Shown here one piece after another: positions 1 to 7,532 of a DNA stretch of 33,163 nt; position 1 is the first letter of the stretch; each line of letters begins with the position of its first letter. The notes under the pieces were generated by a model. That model was not told the origin of the DNA. It saw nothing but the letters and a program-made list of their open reading frames with translations, and ran no database searches. Where the stretch lies: NCBI GenBank assembly GCA_002402275.1, contig DHFN01000119.1, positions 1 to 33,163 of the forward strand, in the 5' to 3' direction. The translations under genes were made by a program, and so were the position numbers. The stretch comes from Anaerolineales bacterium UBA4823. Lineage in GTDB: Bacteria; Chloroflexota; Anaerolineae; Anaerolineales; UBA4823.

Positions 1-118
1 CTTGAGGGGATAGTGGAAAATCAAATTGCCCTTGGTGAATATTATTTGCATTCGCAATTGATTCTGCATGGCGGAGAATGATGATGTGGAAATAATCAAG
101 ATCAGTTCGAAGATGCAT
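1..118 (-). CDS. Histidine phosphatase (phosphoglycerate-mutase-like) superfamily protein, N-terminal fragment; the gene runs off the left edge
   Basis: Not in the ORF track because it is too short. The reverse complement from ATG at 118-116 reads MHLRTDLDYFHIIILRHAESIANANNIHQGQFDFPLSPQ. This contains the catalytic RH motif (ILRHAES) and the D-x-PLS motif typical of this superfamily. The start lies 5 nt after the fmt stop codon. Confidence 0.5.
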   Translation of the reverse strand, partial: MHLRTDLDYFHIIILRHAESIANANNIHQGQFDFPLSPQ

Positions 119-123
119 ATTCG

Positions 124-1059
124 TTAAGAAGGTAATGTAATCTTACCCCAGGAACGGAATCCATTGAGGAATTCTTTACCCGAAACAGGTTTTTTGCCCG
201 CCATTTGGAGAGTCACAATTGCTAGGCATTTATCTGAAGTTACGATTATTGGCATATTTTCCAAAATAAGAGTCTGTCCAGGTTGCATGTCTTTTGGTTG
301 TTGATGATAGATTTGTGCTTCGAGGATAATCATTCTCTGGTGGTTTATTGTTGTGAAGGAGCCTGGCCATGGGTTGTAAGCCCGTATTTTTCTCCATAGC
401 TCAATAGCTGGTAAACAAAAATCGAGGAAACCATCATTTTTATCAATCATGGGTGCGTATGTGGCTTGAGAATCATTCTGTGGGATTGGCAAACATTCTC
501 CATTTAGATAATCAGGAATTGTCTCAAGCAACAAATCTGCCCCTAAGACGGACAACTTTTGAGACAAGGATAAGGTGTTATCCTGGTCAAGAATTGGGAT
601 AGTCCGTTGTTTTAAAATAGGTCCGCTATCAATTCCTTCGGCCATTTTCATTATAGTTACACCAGTTTCCTGATCGCCTGCAAGAATTGCGGCCACGATT
701 GGTGCAGCACCGCGCCAGCGAGGTAATAAGGAGGCGTGGATATTTAGGCAACCATAAGGGGGGAAATGAAGGATATCCGGCTTTAATATTTTTCCATAAG
801 CAGCCACCACGATTAAGTCTGGCTGCCAAGCCCTGATTTGTGCTAATATTTGAGGATCATTCAATTTTAGGGGTTGAATGCAAGGAATTTTTAGCTTTTC
901 GGCAAGGGTTTTGACTGGCGGGGGTGAAAGCAAATTCCCTCTACCAGCAGGTTTGTCGGGTTGGGTGATGACTCCTTGAACATCGTAATTTTCCACTAGT
1001 TTGGAAAGAGCAGGTAGAGCGAACTCTGGTGAGCCCATGAAAACAATTTTTGGGTTCAA
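124..1059 (-). CDS. fmt: Methionyl-tRNA formyltransferase
   Basis: The translation NPKIVFMGSPEFALPALSKL...ITQPDKPAGRG...NIHASLLPRWRGAAPI matches canonical Fmt motifs. I place the start at TTG 1059-1057, preceded by GGAGA with an 8-nt spacer. That gives about 312 aa, the normal Fmt size. The 371-aa ORF in the track (to 1239) runs through a tRNA gene. Confidence 0.9.
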   Translation of the reverse strand: MNPKIVFMGSPEFALPALSKLVENYDVQGVITQPDKPAGRGNLLSPPPVKTLAEKLKIPCIQPLKLNDPQILAQIRAWQPDLIVVAAYGKILKPDILHFPPYGCLNIHASLLPRWRGAAPIVAAILAGDQETGVTIMKMAEGIDSGPILKQRTIPILDQDNTLSLSQKLSVLGADLLLETIPDYLNGECLPIPQNDSQATYAPMIDKNDGFLDFCLPAIELWRKIRAYNPWPGSFTTINHQRMIILEAQIYHQQPKDMQPGQTLILENMPIIVTSDKCLAIVTLQMAGKKPVSGKEFLNGFRSWGKITLPS

Positions 1060-1159
1060 ATACCATTCTCCATGTCCGTTAGATAAATTATCATTGTCTA
1101 GCTTGTAGAATAAAAAACCTGTTTCAATAGTTAATCTCGAAACAGGCATAAAAGCAGAA

Positions 1160-1245
1160 TGGGGCGGGTGGGAATCGAACCCACAAGGAGTGTCACCTCC
1201 GGAGGATTTTAAGTCCCCTGCGTCTGCCTGTTCCGCCACCGCCCC
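1160..1245 (-). tRNA. tRNA-Leu (anticodon UAA), class II with long variable arm; no encoded CCA
   Basis: The reverse complement reads GGGGCGGTGGCGGAACAGGCAGACGCAGGGGACTTAAAATCCTCCGGAGGTGACACTCCTTGTGGGTTCGATTCCCACCCGCCCCA. The acceptor stem is GGGGCGG/CCGCCCC. The anticodon stem is GGGGA/TCCTC with loop CUUAAAA, giving anticodon UAA. There is a long variable arm, and the T arm is GTGGG-TTCGATT-CCCAC. Confidence 0.9.
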
Positions 1246-1284
1246 GTTAGTCTATATTCTACTCAAAATAAGCAATTGGTCAAG

Positions 1285-1935
1285 TTATTTTGGTCTTTTT
1301 TTCCATTTTGCATAAAGAGAAAAAAGATGAAACCAGGGTGCCGACAACCTTGGATAACTTTTGGCATCCTGGAGGGCAATTTTAAAAGATTCTGCATCTT
1401 GAAAATCTGGCATCCTCAGATAAGATTTTCCTACCTCTCTGGGAGTATGGGCATCAGAGCCAATAGTTTCGAGTAAATGATGTTGTTTTGCAAACGAAGA
1501 AGCCTTTCGATTATCCTGATTCAATAAACATCGGGAATTAAAAGTCTCGATCGCATCAATTTGGTCCAAGATTTGGAGAAGGTTTGCTTCGAGCCAATGG
1601 CCTTTTCTATAACGGTCAAAGGGATGGGAAACACTAATAAAGACTCCCTGAGCATGAAGTTCGGGTAAGATCTCTTTAGCATTATAACCTCCAGGGATTT
1701 CTTCTCTCATGAAATAAGCCAGGATTTCTCCTTGCTTGGTCATGATTTCTTCCCCAATAATAAATATATGTGGATATTCCCGAACTGCTGTTTGAGCAGC
1801 TTTGATCGAATTATGATCAGTGATCGCCACTTTATGAATTTGTTGCTTTTCACAAGCTTTAAATAGCTGAGCAATCGTCATAAGACTATCGGATGATTGA
1901 TTGGTGTGACAATGGAGTTCTACATTGATGCTCAT
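1285..1935 (-). CDS. PHP-domain metal-dependent phosphoesterase (TrpH/YciV-like)
   Basis: The N-terminus VELHCHTNQSSDSLMT...VAITDHNSI carries the PHP His motifs. Later SHPF and GSDAHT motifs are also present. Length is 216 aa. Confidence 0.8.
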   Translation of the reverse strand: MSINVELHCHTNQSSDSLMTIAQLFKACEKQQIHKVAITDHNSIKAAQTAVREYPHIFIIGEEIMTKQGEILAYFMREEIPGGYNAKEILPELHAQGVFISVSHPFDRYRKGHWLEANLLQILDQIDAIETFNSRCLLNQDNRKASSFAKQHHLLETIGSDAHTPREVGKSYLRMPDFQDAESFKIALQDAKSYPRLSAPWFHLFSLYAKWKKRPK

Positions 1936-2011
1936 ATAATCAGTATTTTGCTAGTCATTTCATGTAAAATCGTATAAAATGAAAGTACCTTTGATTATAA
2001 CTCAGGAAAAA

Positions 2012-2968
2012 ATGAATAGAGAAAACCCAATTTTGAAACCAGATCTGCCTGTATTAGTAATTGGTGCCGCGGGCGTGGATATTGTTGCAAATATTAACGA
2101 GGAAAGCTTGGAACGTATTTCTAATCCAGCTCAGATTCGGAATTCTTTCGGAGGAGTTGCTCGAAATGTTGCTGAGAATCTAGCCCGATTAGGGCAGGAA
2201 GTGGTCTTATTGAGCACAGTAGGGGATGACTTTTATGGGGATCAGTTAATCAAAAATGCATGTGCTGCAGGCATCAGTACCGATTATATTTTGAAACAAG
2301 CTCAAAAATCTTCAGGGATGTATATCGGGGTCTACAATTCCGCGATGGATAGATTAATTGCAATAGATAATATGGAAATAACCTCTGCGATCACCCCTGA
2401 GTATATTCGGGATAATAATCGGCTGTTTAAGAACGCTGCCTGTGTTTTTATGGACATGAACCTTTCGAATGAAACGATCCGAACGATTATTGCTTTAGCT
2501 AAAAGTAATCATTTGGCTATTTGTGCTGATACAACCTCTCCTCAATTAGCCAGCAAATTAATCCCCTATCTGCCATATTTATATTTAATTACTCCCAATT
2601 CAGCAGAAGCTGCCCTTTTAGTAGATCCAACGAGGAAAATCTCATCCCGTAAACAAGCTTTATTAAGTGCTAAAGCAATGGTCAGTAAAGGGGTCGAAAT
2701 TGTTATTATTACTCTCGGTCAACACGGCTTATGTTACGCAACATCAGAAACGAATGGATATATTCCTGCAATTCAAACCGCAATTTCCGACCCGACTGGC
2801 GCGGGAGATTCTTTAACTGCTACAGTCCTTTTCGCGCTTTTGAATGATATTCCTTTGGATGATGCAGTGCGCTTAGGGGTTTCTGCAGCAACATTGACCT
2901 TGCAGTATGCTGGTTCTGTTGTACCTGATCTTTCACTTGAAAAACTATACAATCGGTTGGTGATTTAA
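2012..2968 (+). CDS. psuK: Pseudouridine kinase (PfkB/ribokinase family)
   Basis: VLVIGAAGVDIVA...SNPAQIRNSFGGVARNVAENLARLG...AIDNMEITSAITPEY...TGAGDSL closely parallels E. coli YeiC/PsuK as I remember it. The gene sits immediately upstream of psuG. The ORF track starts at 1979, but ATG 2012 has an AGGA Shine-Dalgarno 5 nt upstream while 1979 has none. Confidence 0.75.
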   Translation: MNRENPILKPDLPVLVIGAAGVDIVANINEESLERISNPAQIRNSFGGVARNVAENLARLGQEVVLLSTVGDDFYGDQLIKNACAAGISTDYILKQAQKSSGMYIGVYNSAMDRLIAIDNMEITSAITPEYIRDNNRLFKNAACVFMDMNLSNETIRTIIALAKSNHLAICADTTSPQLASKLIPYLPYLYLITPNSAEAALLVDPTRKISSRKQALLSAKAMVSKGVEIVIITLGQHGLCYATSETNGYIPAIQTAISDPTGAGDSLTATVLFALLNDIPLDDAVRLGVSAATLTLQYAGSVVPDLSLEKLYNRLVI

Positions 2969-2969
2969 T

Positions 2970-3899
2970 ATGGTTCCTATCAATAACTATTTTTCTTTAG
3001 ACGAACGAGTAAAAATAGCATTAGAAAAAAAACAAGCAGTTGTTGCTTTAGAGACAACTGTAATTACCCATGGATTGCCCTATCCAGAAAATATTGATCT
3101 AGCTCGGGAAATCGAAAATACTATTAGCTCTGAAGGTGCCACACCAGCGACCATAGGAGTGATTCAAGGCAAGGTTAGGGTTGGTTTAAACCAGATAGAA
3201 ATCCAAGAATTAGCTACGTATCCGCAAGCGGAAAAAGTGAGCTTAAGGGATTTTTCAAAGTTAGTTGTCCGTCAAGGTTGGGGGGGTACAACCGTGGCTG
3301 GAACAATGTGGGCGGCTCATCAAGTGGGAATACAAGTGTTTTCAACTGGTGGAATTGGAGGAGTTCATCGCTCTACTTCGAAGCACTTTATTTTTGATGT
3401 TTCCACTGATCTACTCGCTCTTGCTCAAATTCCACTCATCGTAGTTTGTTCAGGGGCTAAATCTATCCTCAATTTAGAAGCCACTTTAGAGTTATTGGAA
3501 ACCTTAGCGGTTCCAGTCGTTGGTTATCAGACTGATTCATTTCCAGCTTTTTATACTAAAGAAAGTGGAGGATTGAAAACAAATGTGACTGCCGCTAATG
3601 CAGAGGATGTAGCCCAATTTGCTAAAGCCCATTGGGGACTTGGTTTTAAAAGCGGCTTATTAGTTACAGTTCCCCCACCCGATGGACAATCTCTTCAATA
3701 TGATGAAGTTGAAAAATATATCGAGATCGCCATTCAAGAAGCAGAGACAAAACAAATTCGTGGGCAAGCAGTAACACCTTTCTTGCTAGACCGGCTTAAT
3801 GATCTTTCACAGGGGAAAAGCTTACAAGCAAATCTTGCTTTGTTGCTCAATAATGCGCGAATTGCTGCTCAGATTGCAAAATATATGTGTGTAGTTTAA
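2970..3899 (+). CDS. psuG: Pseudouridine-5'-phosphate glycosidase
   Basis: ALETTVITHGLPYPEN, GGTTVAGTM, STGGIGGVHR and VVCSGAKSILN match the PsuG/YeiN (indigoidine synthase A-like) family. The start is 1 nt after the psuK stop. Confidence 0.9.
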   Translation: MVPINNYFSLDERVKIALEKKQAVVALETTVITHGLPYPENIDLAREIENTISSEGATPATIGVIQGKVRVGLNQIEIQELATYPQAEKVSLRDFSKLVVRQGWGGTTVAGTMWAAHQVGIQVFSTGGIGGVHRSTSKHFIFDVSTDLLALAQIPLIVVCSGAKSILNLEATLELLETLAVPVVGYQTDSFPAFYTKESGGLKTNVTAANAEDVAQFAKAHWGLGFKSGLLVTVPPPDGQSLQYDEVEKYIEIAIQEAETKQIRGQAVTPFLLDRLNDLSQGKSLQANLALLLNNARIAAQIAKYMCVV

Positions 3900-3901
3900 A
3901 C

Positions 3902-5041
3902 TTATTTGGCTGGTGTGGGTGTACGAGTTAATGTCGGTTGGGGGGTAATTGTTGGAGTAACCGGAGTGCGGGTAAGTGTTGGATAAGGTGTTCGGGTTAA
4001 TGTAATGGTTGGACTCTTATACGGTGTTCGAGTAAGAGTTATCGTCAAGGTTAAAGTTATTGTAGAAGTTGGCCGTAAAGTTAGAGTGATGGATGGTGTC
4101 AAAGTAGGATACCGGGTACGGGAAGGGGTAATGGTAGGACTTAGATAAGGAGTTTTGGTTGGACGCAACTGGGGAGGTAATGTCATCGTCCGGGTCGGGG
4201 ATGGGGTTCGGGTGGGTGGTAAGGTTTTGCTAGGGGTAGGAGTTTTACTGGGAGTTAACGTTGGTGCCGCAGTTGGCGGGGTGCCAACCACCGTAAATTG
4301 TCCGGAACTTTTGAAGAGAAGACCATTAAAAATTTGGACTTCATAATTGCCAGGTAACCATTCTGATGGATCAGGTTCCCAATCGGTATAACCATATCCG
4401 CCTGTACCGCCATCCCATGGGCGGGTTTCAAAATAAACAAGTTCTCCGTTTCTATACCAAAGGGCTGTCCATTGAGAACCATCCACCATTTGATCATAAC
4501 TAAAAACAGCATACAAATGACCAACCGGATTTTGAAATTCTGTTCCAGGCGCAACTGGTTGATAAAGGGTATCTATACCTTGGGTAAATACCAAATCACT
4601 AAATACGGCGTCGGGATTCGGAGTAACCGTAGCCTCAAAACGTGCTTCAATGGCAGTGGGTACAAATGGCGTTGGTGTGATAGTGGGAGTATAACTTTCA
4701 GCTGGCGTCAGGGTAATTGTTGGGCTTAAGGTTATGGTGGGTGTTTGGGTTATGGTTGGACTGAGAGTGATGGTAGGTGATAAAGTGATGGTAGATGTTG
4801 GTGGAAAAACTGTATAGATCATTGGCTCAAGATGGGCGTTCATGATGATTATGATCACAATAAGCAAAACAGATCCTCCCAGTAAACGCCATCCCTTGAG
4901 AGTTCGGTTTCGGCGCAATCGAAAGAAAGGTAACCGGCGAGCTTTTTTAATAGCATTTATACCTTGCCAAATCATAAGGATCACTACAATAGCGAGGATA
5001 ACTAGAGTTACCTGAACTGCAGAATGAATATCGAGAGACAT
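3902..5041 (-). CDS. Membrane-anchored Pro/Thr-rich repeat protein with a central beta-rich globular domain (unknown function)
   Basis: There are two N-terminal hydrophobic helices (VTLVILAIVVILMIW and LLGGSVLLIVIIIIM). These are followed by (T/S)PTITL hexapeptide repeats and a Trp/Gly/Tyr-rich globular segment (SQWTALWYRNGELVYFETRPWDGGTGGYGYTDW...GNYEVQIF). The protein ends in a roughly 125-aa PT/TR-rich tail. Confidence 0.7.
   Translation of the reverse strand: MSLDIHSAVQVTLVILAIVVILMIWQGINAIKKARRLPFFRLRRNRTLKGWRLLGGSVLLIVIIIIMNAHLEPMIYTVFPPTSTITLSPTITLSPTITQTPTITLSPTITLTPAESYTPTITPTPFVPTAIEARFEATVTPNPDAVFSDLVFTQGIDTLYQPVAPGTEFQNPVGHLYAVFSYDQMVDGSQWTALWYRNGELVYFETRPWDGGTGGYGYTDWEPDPSEWLPGNYEVQIFNGLLFKSSGQFTVVGTPPTAAPTLTPSKTPTPSKTLPPTRTPSPTRTMTLPPQLRPTKTPYLSPTITPSRTRYPTLTPSITLTLRPTSTITLTLTITLTRTPYKSPTITLTRTPYPTLTRTPVTPTITPQPTLTRTPTPAK
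3905..4285 (-). repeat. Degenerate low-complexity coding repeat (PT / TLTRTPY-type tail)
   Basis: The protein tail reads TPTPSKTLPPTRTPSPTRT...TLTRTPYKSPTITLTRTPYPTLTRTPVTPTITPQPTLTRTPTP. The DNA shows recurring ggt/gtt-rich units on the plus strand. Confidence 0.6.
4667..4798 (-). repeat. Imperfect tandem coding repeat of about 18 nt (hexapeptide TITLSP-type, about 5 units plus degenerate flanks)
   Basis: The plus strand at 4711-4800 reads gggtaattgttgggcttaag/gttatggtgggtgtttgg/gttatggttggactgagagt/gatggtaggtgataaagt/gatggtagatgttggtgg. This encodes STITLSPTITLSPTITQTPTITLSPTITLTP. Confidence 0.7.
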
Positions 5042-5051
5042 GCCGATTTAA

Positions 5052-5822
5052 CTAGTGAGCTGGTTCTGCTTTTACATTATTCTCGAGGCTGCCTATACCC
5101 TCAATAGAAATCCGAACCTGATCGCCATCTGCTAAAGGGCTAACTCCCGCAGGTGTGCCAGTTAGGATGAGATCGCCTGGTTCAAGAGTCATAACCGAAG
5201 AGATGAAAGCGATCAGTTGGGGAATGTTGAATACCATATCATGAGTTGATGCCATCTGTCTCACGTTGTCGTTCACATAACAGGTAATCAATGCATCAGT
5301 TGGATTGAAATCTGTTTCGATCCAGGGCCCTATCGGACAAAAAGTATCAAAACCTTTAGCGCGAGTCCATTGATTATCCCTCCGTTGTAAATCCCGGGCG
5401 GTGACATCATTGGCAATGGTATAACCCAAAATATAATTTTCTGCTTCATCTGGGAATATCCAGCGACCTCTTTTGCCAATCACAACCGTTAATTCTGCTT
5501 CATGTTCTACTTGCTGGCTTTGAGGAGGAAGAATGATCGTATCTCCTTGACCAATCACTGCGGTAGGGGGTTTGAGGAAAATCAGGGGGACTTCTGGCAC
5601 TTCTACACCGTGCTCACTAGCATGGGCAGCATAATTACGTCCAATACAAATAATTTTGCTCGGGAGAATGGGTGGTAAGATGGTAATATTTTGGATATCC
5701 TCTTCAGCTTCAAGACGGCGAAATTCCCTGAAAATGGAACCCTCGATTGGTCCCACCTGATTATTAAGGATCCAACCTTGGCGCGCTGGAGAGTCTCCTT
5801 TTTTGTAACGTAATAAGCGCAT
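5052..5822 (-). CDS. Fumarylacetoacetate hydrolase (FAH) family protein
   Basis: ICIGRNYAAHASEHG, EAELTVVIGK, GYTIANDVTARDLQ, WTRAKGFDTFCPIGPW and GDLILTGTPAGV are typical FAH-fold motifs. GGAG lies 8 nt upstream of the ATG. Confidence 0.85.
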   Translation of the reverse strand: MRLLRYKKGDSPARQGWILNNQVGPIEGSIFREFRRLEAEEDIQNITILPPILPSKIICIGRNYAAHASEHGVEVPEVPLIFLKPPTAVIGQGDTIILPPQSQQVEHEAELTVVIGKRGRWIFPDEAENYILGYTIANDVTARDLQRRDNQWTRAKGFDTFCPIGPWIETDFNPTDALITCYVNDNVRQMASTHDMVFNIPQLIAFISSVMTLEPGDLILTGTPAGVSPLADGDQVRISIEGIGSLENNVKAEPAH

Positions 5823-5839
5823 GAGATTTACTCCATTGG

Positions 5840-6676
5840 TTATATTAAATTACTTTGTAGTCGAGTAGAAATATCATTAATAGCTTGTTCTGTTCCTGCA
5901 AAGCGGTCAGCAAACCGCCAACGTAAAACTTGGGATAATGCATAAATCATGCCTTCAACGGATACCGTTGAGACGCCGATCGAGGGATGGGCAGCTGAAG
6001 TGATCACGATATCAGCACATTGTGCGGAAGAGAGTGAGGATGCACCCAGGATCGCTGCAGTTGGGATTCCCTTCATTTTGGCTTCGCACAGCGCTCTCGT
6101 GATGTATACAGTTTGACCTTTTATCTCAATCGCGATCAGCAGATCTTGCTCTGTGACAGTATTGATAGTTCTAGCAAGATCAACTACACCAGACCGAGCG
6201 ATATATACGGGGAACCCACCTTGCTCAAGATACTGGACAAGACTATATGCATTAGGCTGAGCGGGTCCTTCTGCTAAAATAATAATCCTTCTAGCGTTCC
6301 CGATCATTTCCACCAATTCCAACAGGGCATCAGTGTCTAAGGATAAACGTGTTTGTTCGATGGCGTTGGCTATTTCATTCAAAGCCAAATGCGCAACCTG
6401 AGTATGGCTATTTGAAACCATGGCTTGCTTTGGCCTTAACAATATGTCCCGTTTTACTTTCTCACGGATATCTTGTTGAAGTTCAGGAAATCCAGCATAT
6501 CCTAAATATTGAGAGAAGCGAACCACTGTTGCGGCATCTAAATTAAGGGTATGGGCTAATTCGCTGGCTGTCATGAAAGAGGCTTCGATGTAAGAGTCGA
6601 GTAAAAAATCTGCTAACTTTGCGAAACTCTTGGACATTTTAGGACGATCGGCACGAATTCGATTTTCGTACTCCAT
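5840..6676 (-). CDS. MurR/RpiR family transcriptional regulator (HTH plus SIS domain)
   Basis: The N-terminal HTH_6-like region reads SKSFAKLADFLLDSY...MTASELAHTLNLDAATVVRFSQYLGYAGFPELQ. The C-terminal SIS-like region reads RIIILAEGPAQPNAY...DLLIAIE. Confidence 0.85.
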   Translation of the reverse strand: MEYENRIRADRPKMSKSFAKLADFLLDSYIEASFMTASELAHTLNLDAATVVRFSQYLGYAGFPELQQDIREKVKRDILLRPKQAMVSNSHTQVAHLALNEIANAIEQTRLSLDTDALLELVEMIGNARRIIILAEGPAQPNAYSLVQYLEQGGFPVYIARSGVVDLARTINTVTEQDLLIAIEIKGQTVYITRALCEAKMKGIPTAAILGASSLSSAQCADIVITSAAHPSIGVSTVSVEGMIYALSQVLRWRFADRFAGTEQAINDISTRLQSNLI

Positions 6677-6821
6677 AAAAACTCCTTATACTCTCTTCAA
6701 TCCATTTGTATAAAATATATATTACCACATCTCCTAATAGATTACAATTCTTTATGAATATATAGTTTAATTTGCAAATTATTTCTTAATGTTTAAGTAG
6801 TAGAAAACAGAAAACTTCAGG

Positions 6822-6827
6822 TATAAT
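6822..6827 (+). promoter_or_regulatory. Candidate -10 box (TATAAT) for tRNA-Val
   Basis: A perfect TATAAT lies 13 nt upstream of the mature tRNA 5' end. I found no convincing -35. Confidence 0.3.
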
Positions 6828-6839
6828 AAGAGTATGATC

Positions 6840-6913
6840 GGGCGGATAGCTCAGTTGGTTAGAGCGCCTCTCTTACACAGAGGAGGCCGGGGGTTCGAGT
6901 CCCTTTCCGCCCA
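6840..6913 (+). tRNA. tRNA-Val (anticodon UAC); no encoded CCA
   Basis: The sequence is GGGCGGATAGCTCAGTTGGTTAGAGCGCCTCTCTTACACAGAGGAGGCCGGGGGTTCGAGTCCCTTTCCGCCCA. The acceptor stem is GGGCGGA/TCCGCCC and the D arm is GCTC-AGTTGGTT-AGAGC. The anticodon stem is CCTCT/AGAGG with loop CTTACAC, giving UAC. The T loop is TTCGAGT. Confidence 0.9.
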
Positions 6914-6922
6914 TTATAGGTT

Positions 6923-6961
6923 CATCCTATGAATAAACTTTCATAGGATGTTTTTGTTTTT
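6923..6961 (+). terminator. Rho-independent terminator after tRNA-Val
   Basis: A perfect 10-bp stem pairs CATCCTATGA (6923-6932) with TCATAGGATG (6941-6950). The loop is 8 nt and is followed by TTTTTGTTTTT. Confidence 0.75.
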
Positions 6962-7036
6962 ATCGAGGGAATACAAACTACTTTTGTTTGATCAGGAAAC
7001 AATGTATTAAATAGGTATTAATCTGGCAGATAAACA

Positions 7037-7438
7037 ATGAATGAGAATCTAGCCCCAAAAACCAATCCACTATTGAGACAGATTATAATAATAATAGTAA
7101 TCCTTTCAATTAGCGTTTTAGTTTTTATGCGTTTGGGAATTTTTACGACAAGGTCGGTAAATTCTCATTCAATTACTTATCGTTTGGAAGGGAGCGCTTC
7201 GACTGCTCAAGTTTCTTACACTTTAGCAAATGGTGTTACTTCAGAATTAATAGCGGTGACAGTACCTTGGCATATCACTCTAAAAATTCCTAAAGGAACC
7301 GTGGTGATTCTTACCGCCGGAAACCCTACCCAAACAGGAGATTTAGGTTGTGAATTGTTATTGGATGGAAAAGAGTGGAAAAGGGCATTTGCAAAATCTC
7401 CAGAAGATAAAATTTCGTGTGCTGGAATTGTCCCTTAA
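7037..7438 (+). CDS. MmpS-like small membrane protein (single N-terminal TM)
   Basis: The TM is IIIIIVILSISVLVFM. It is followed by ITYRLEGSASTAQVSY...VPWHITL...LGCELLLDGKEWK...ISCAG. This mirrors the mycobacterial MmpS pattern (TYE-x-G...SY...LPWS...C-x-I-x-VDGK...C) as I recall it. No MmpL/RND partner is adjacent. Confidence 0.55.
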   Translation: MNENLAPKTNPLLRQIIIIIVILSISVLVFMRLGIFTTRSVNSHSITYRLEGSASTAQVSYTLANGVTSELIAVTVPWHITLKIPKGTVVILTAGNPTQTGDLGCELLLDGKEWKRAFAKSPEDKISCAGIVP

Positions 7439-7532
7439 TATGAAAATATTTCATTTAGCATTAATCATCTACCCAAGCATATTAGATAATCCGATCGGAT
7501 GTTCAAAATCATAAATTTTTTAGGAGTCTATT

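Noticed and set aside
1060-1239. N-terminal 60 residues of the 371-aa track ORF (124..1239)
   Set aside because: Most of this stretch is the translated antisense of a well-formed tRNA-Leu gene (1160-1245). Fmt homology starts only at the TTG/RBS at 1059.
4155-4729. Nested ORFs 4155..4346(+), 4255..4554(-) and 4472..4729(+) inside the PT-rich gene
   Set aside because: These are shadow frames of a repetitive, compositionally biased gene. Their products are Gly/Val-rich or nonsense, with no RBS or motifs.
3905-4798. Periodic repeats considered as a CRISPR-like or satellite array
   Set aside because: The repeats are in-frame, degenerate and encode PT-rich peptide units within a continuous ORF. 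There is no repeat-spacer organisation.
7439-7532. Possible glycine riboswitch upstream of the GcvT-containing gene
   Set aside because: The leader is only 94 nt and AT-rich. It lacks the conserved GGAGAG...CACCG...GGGCAA-type elements that I would expect.
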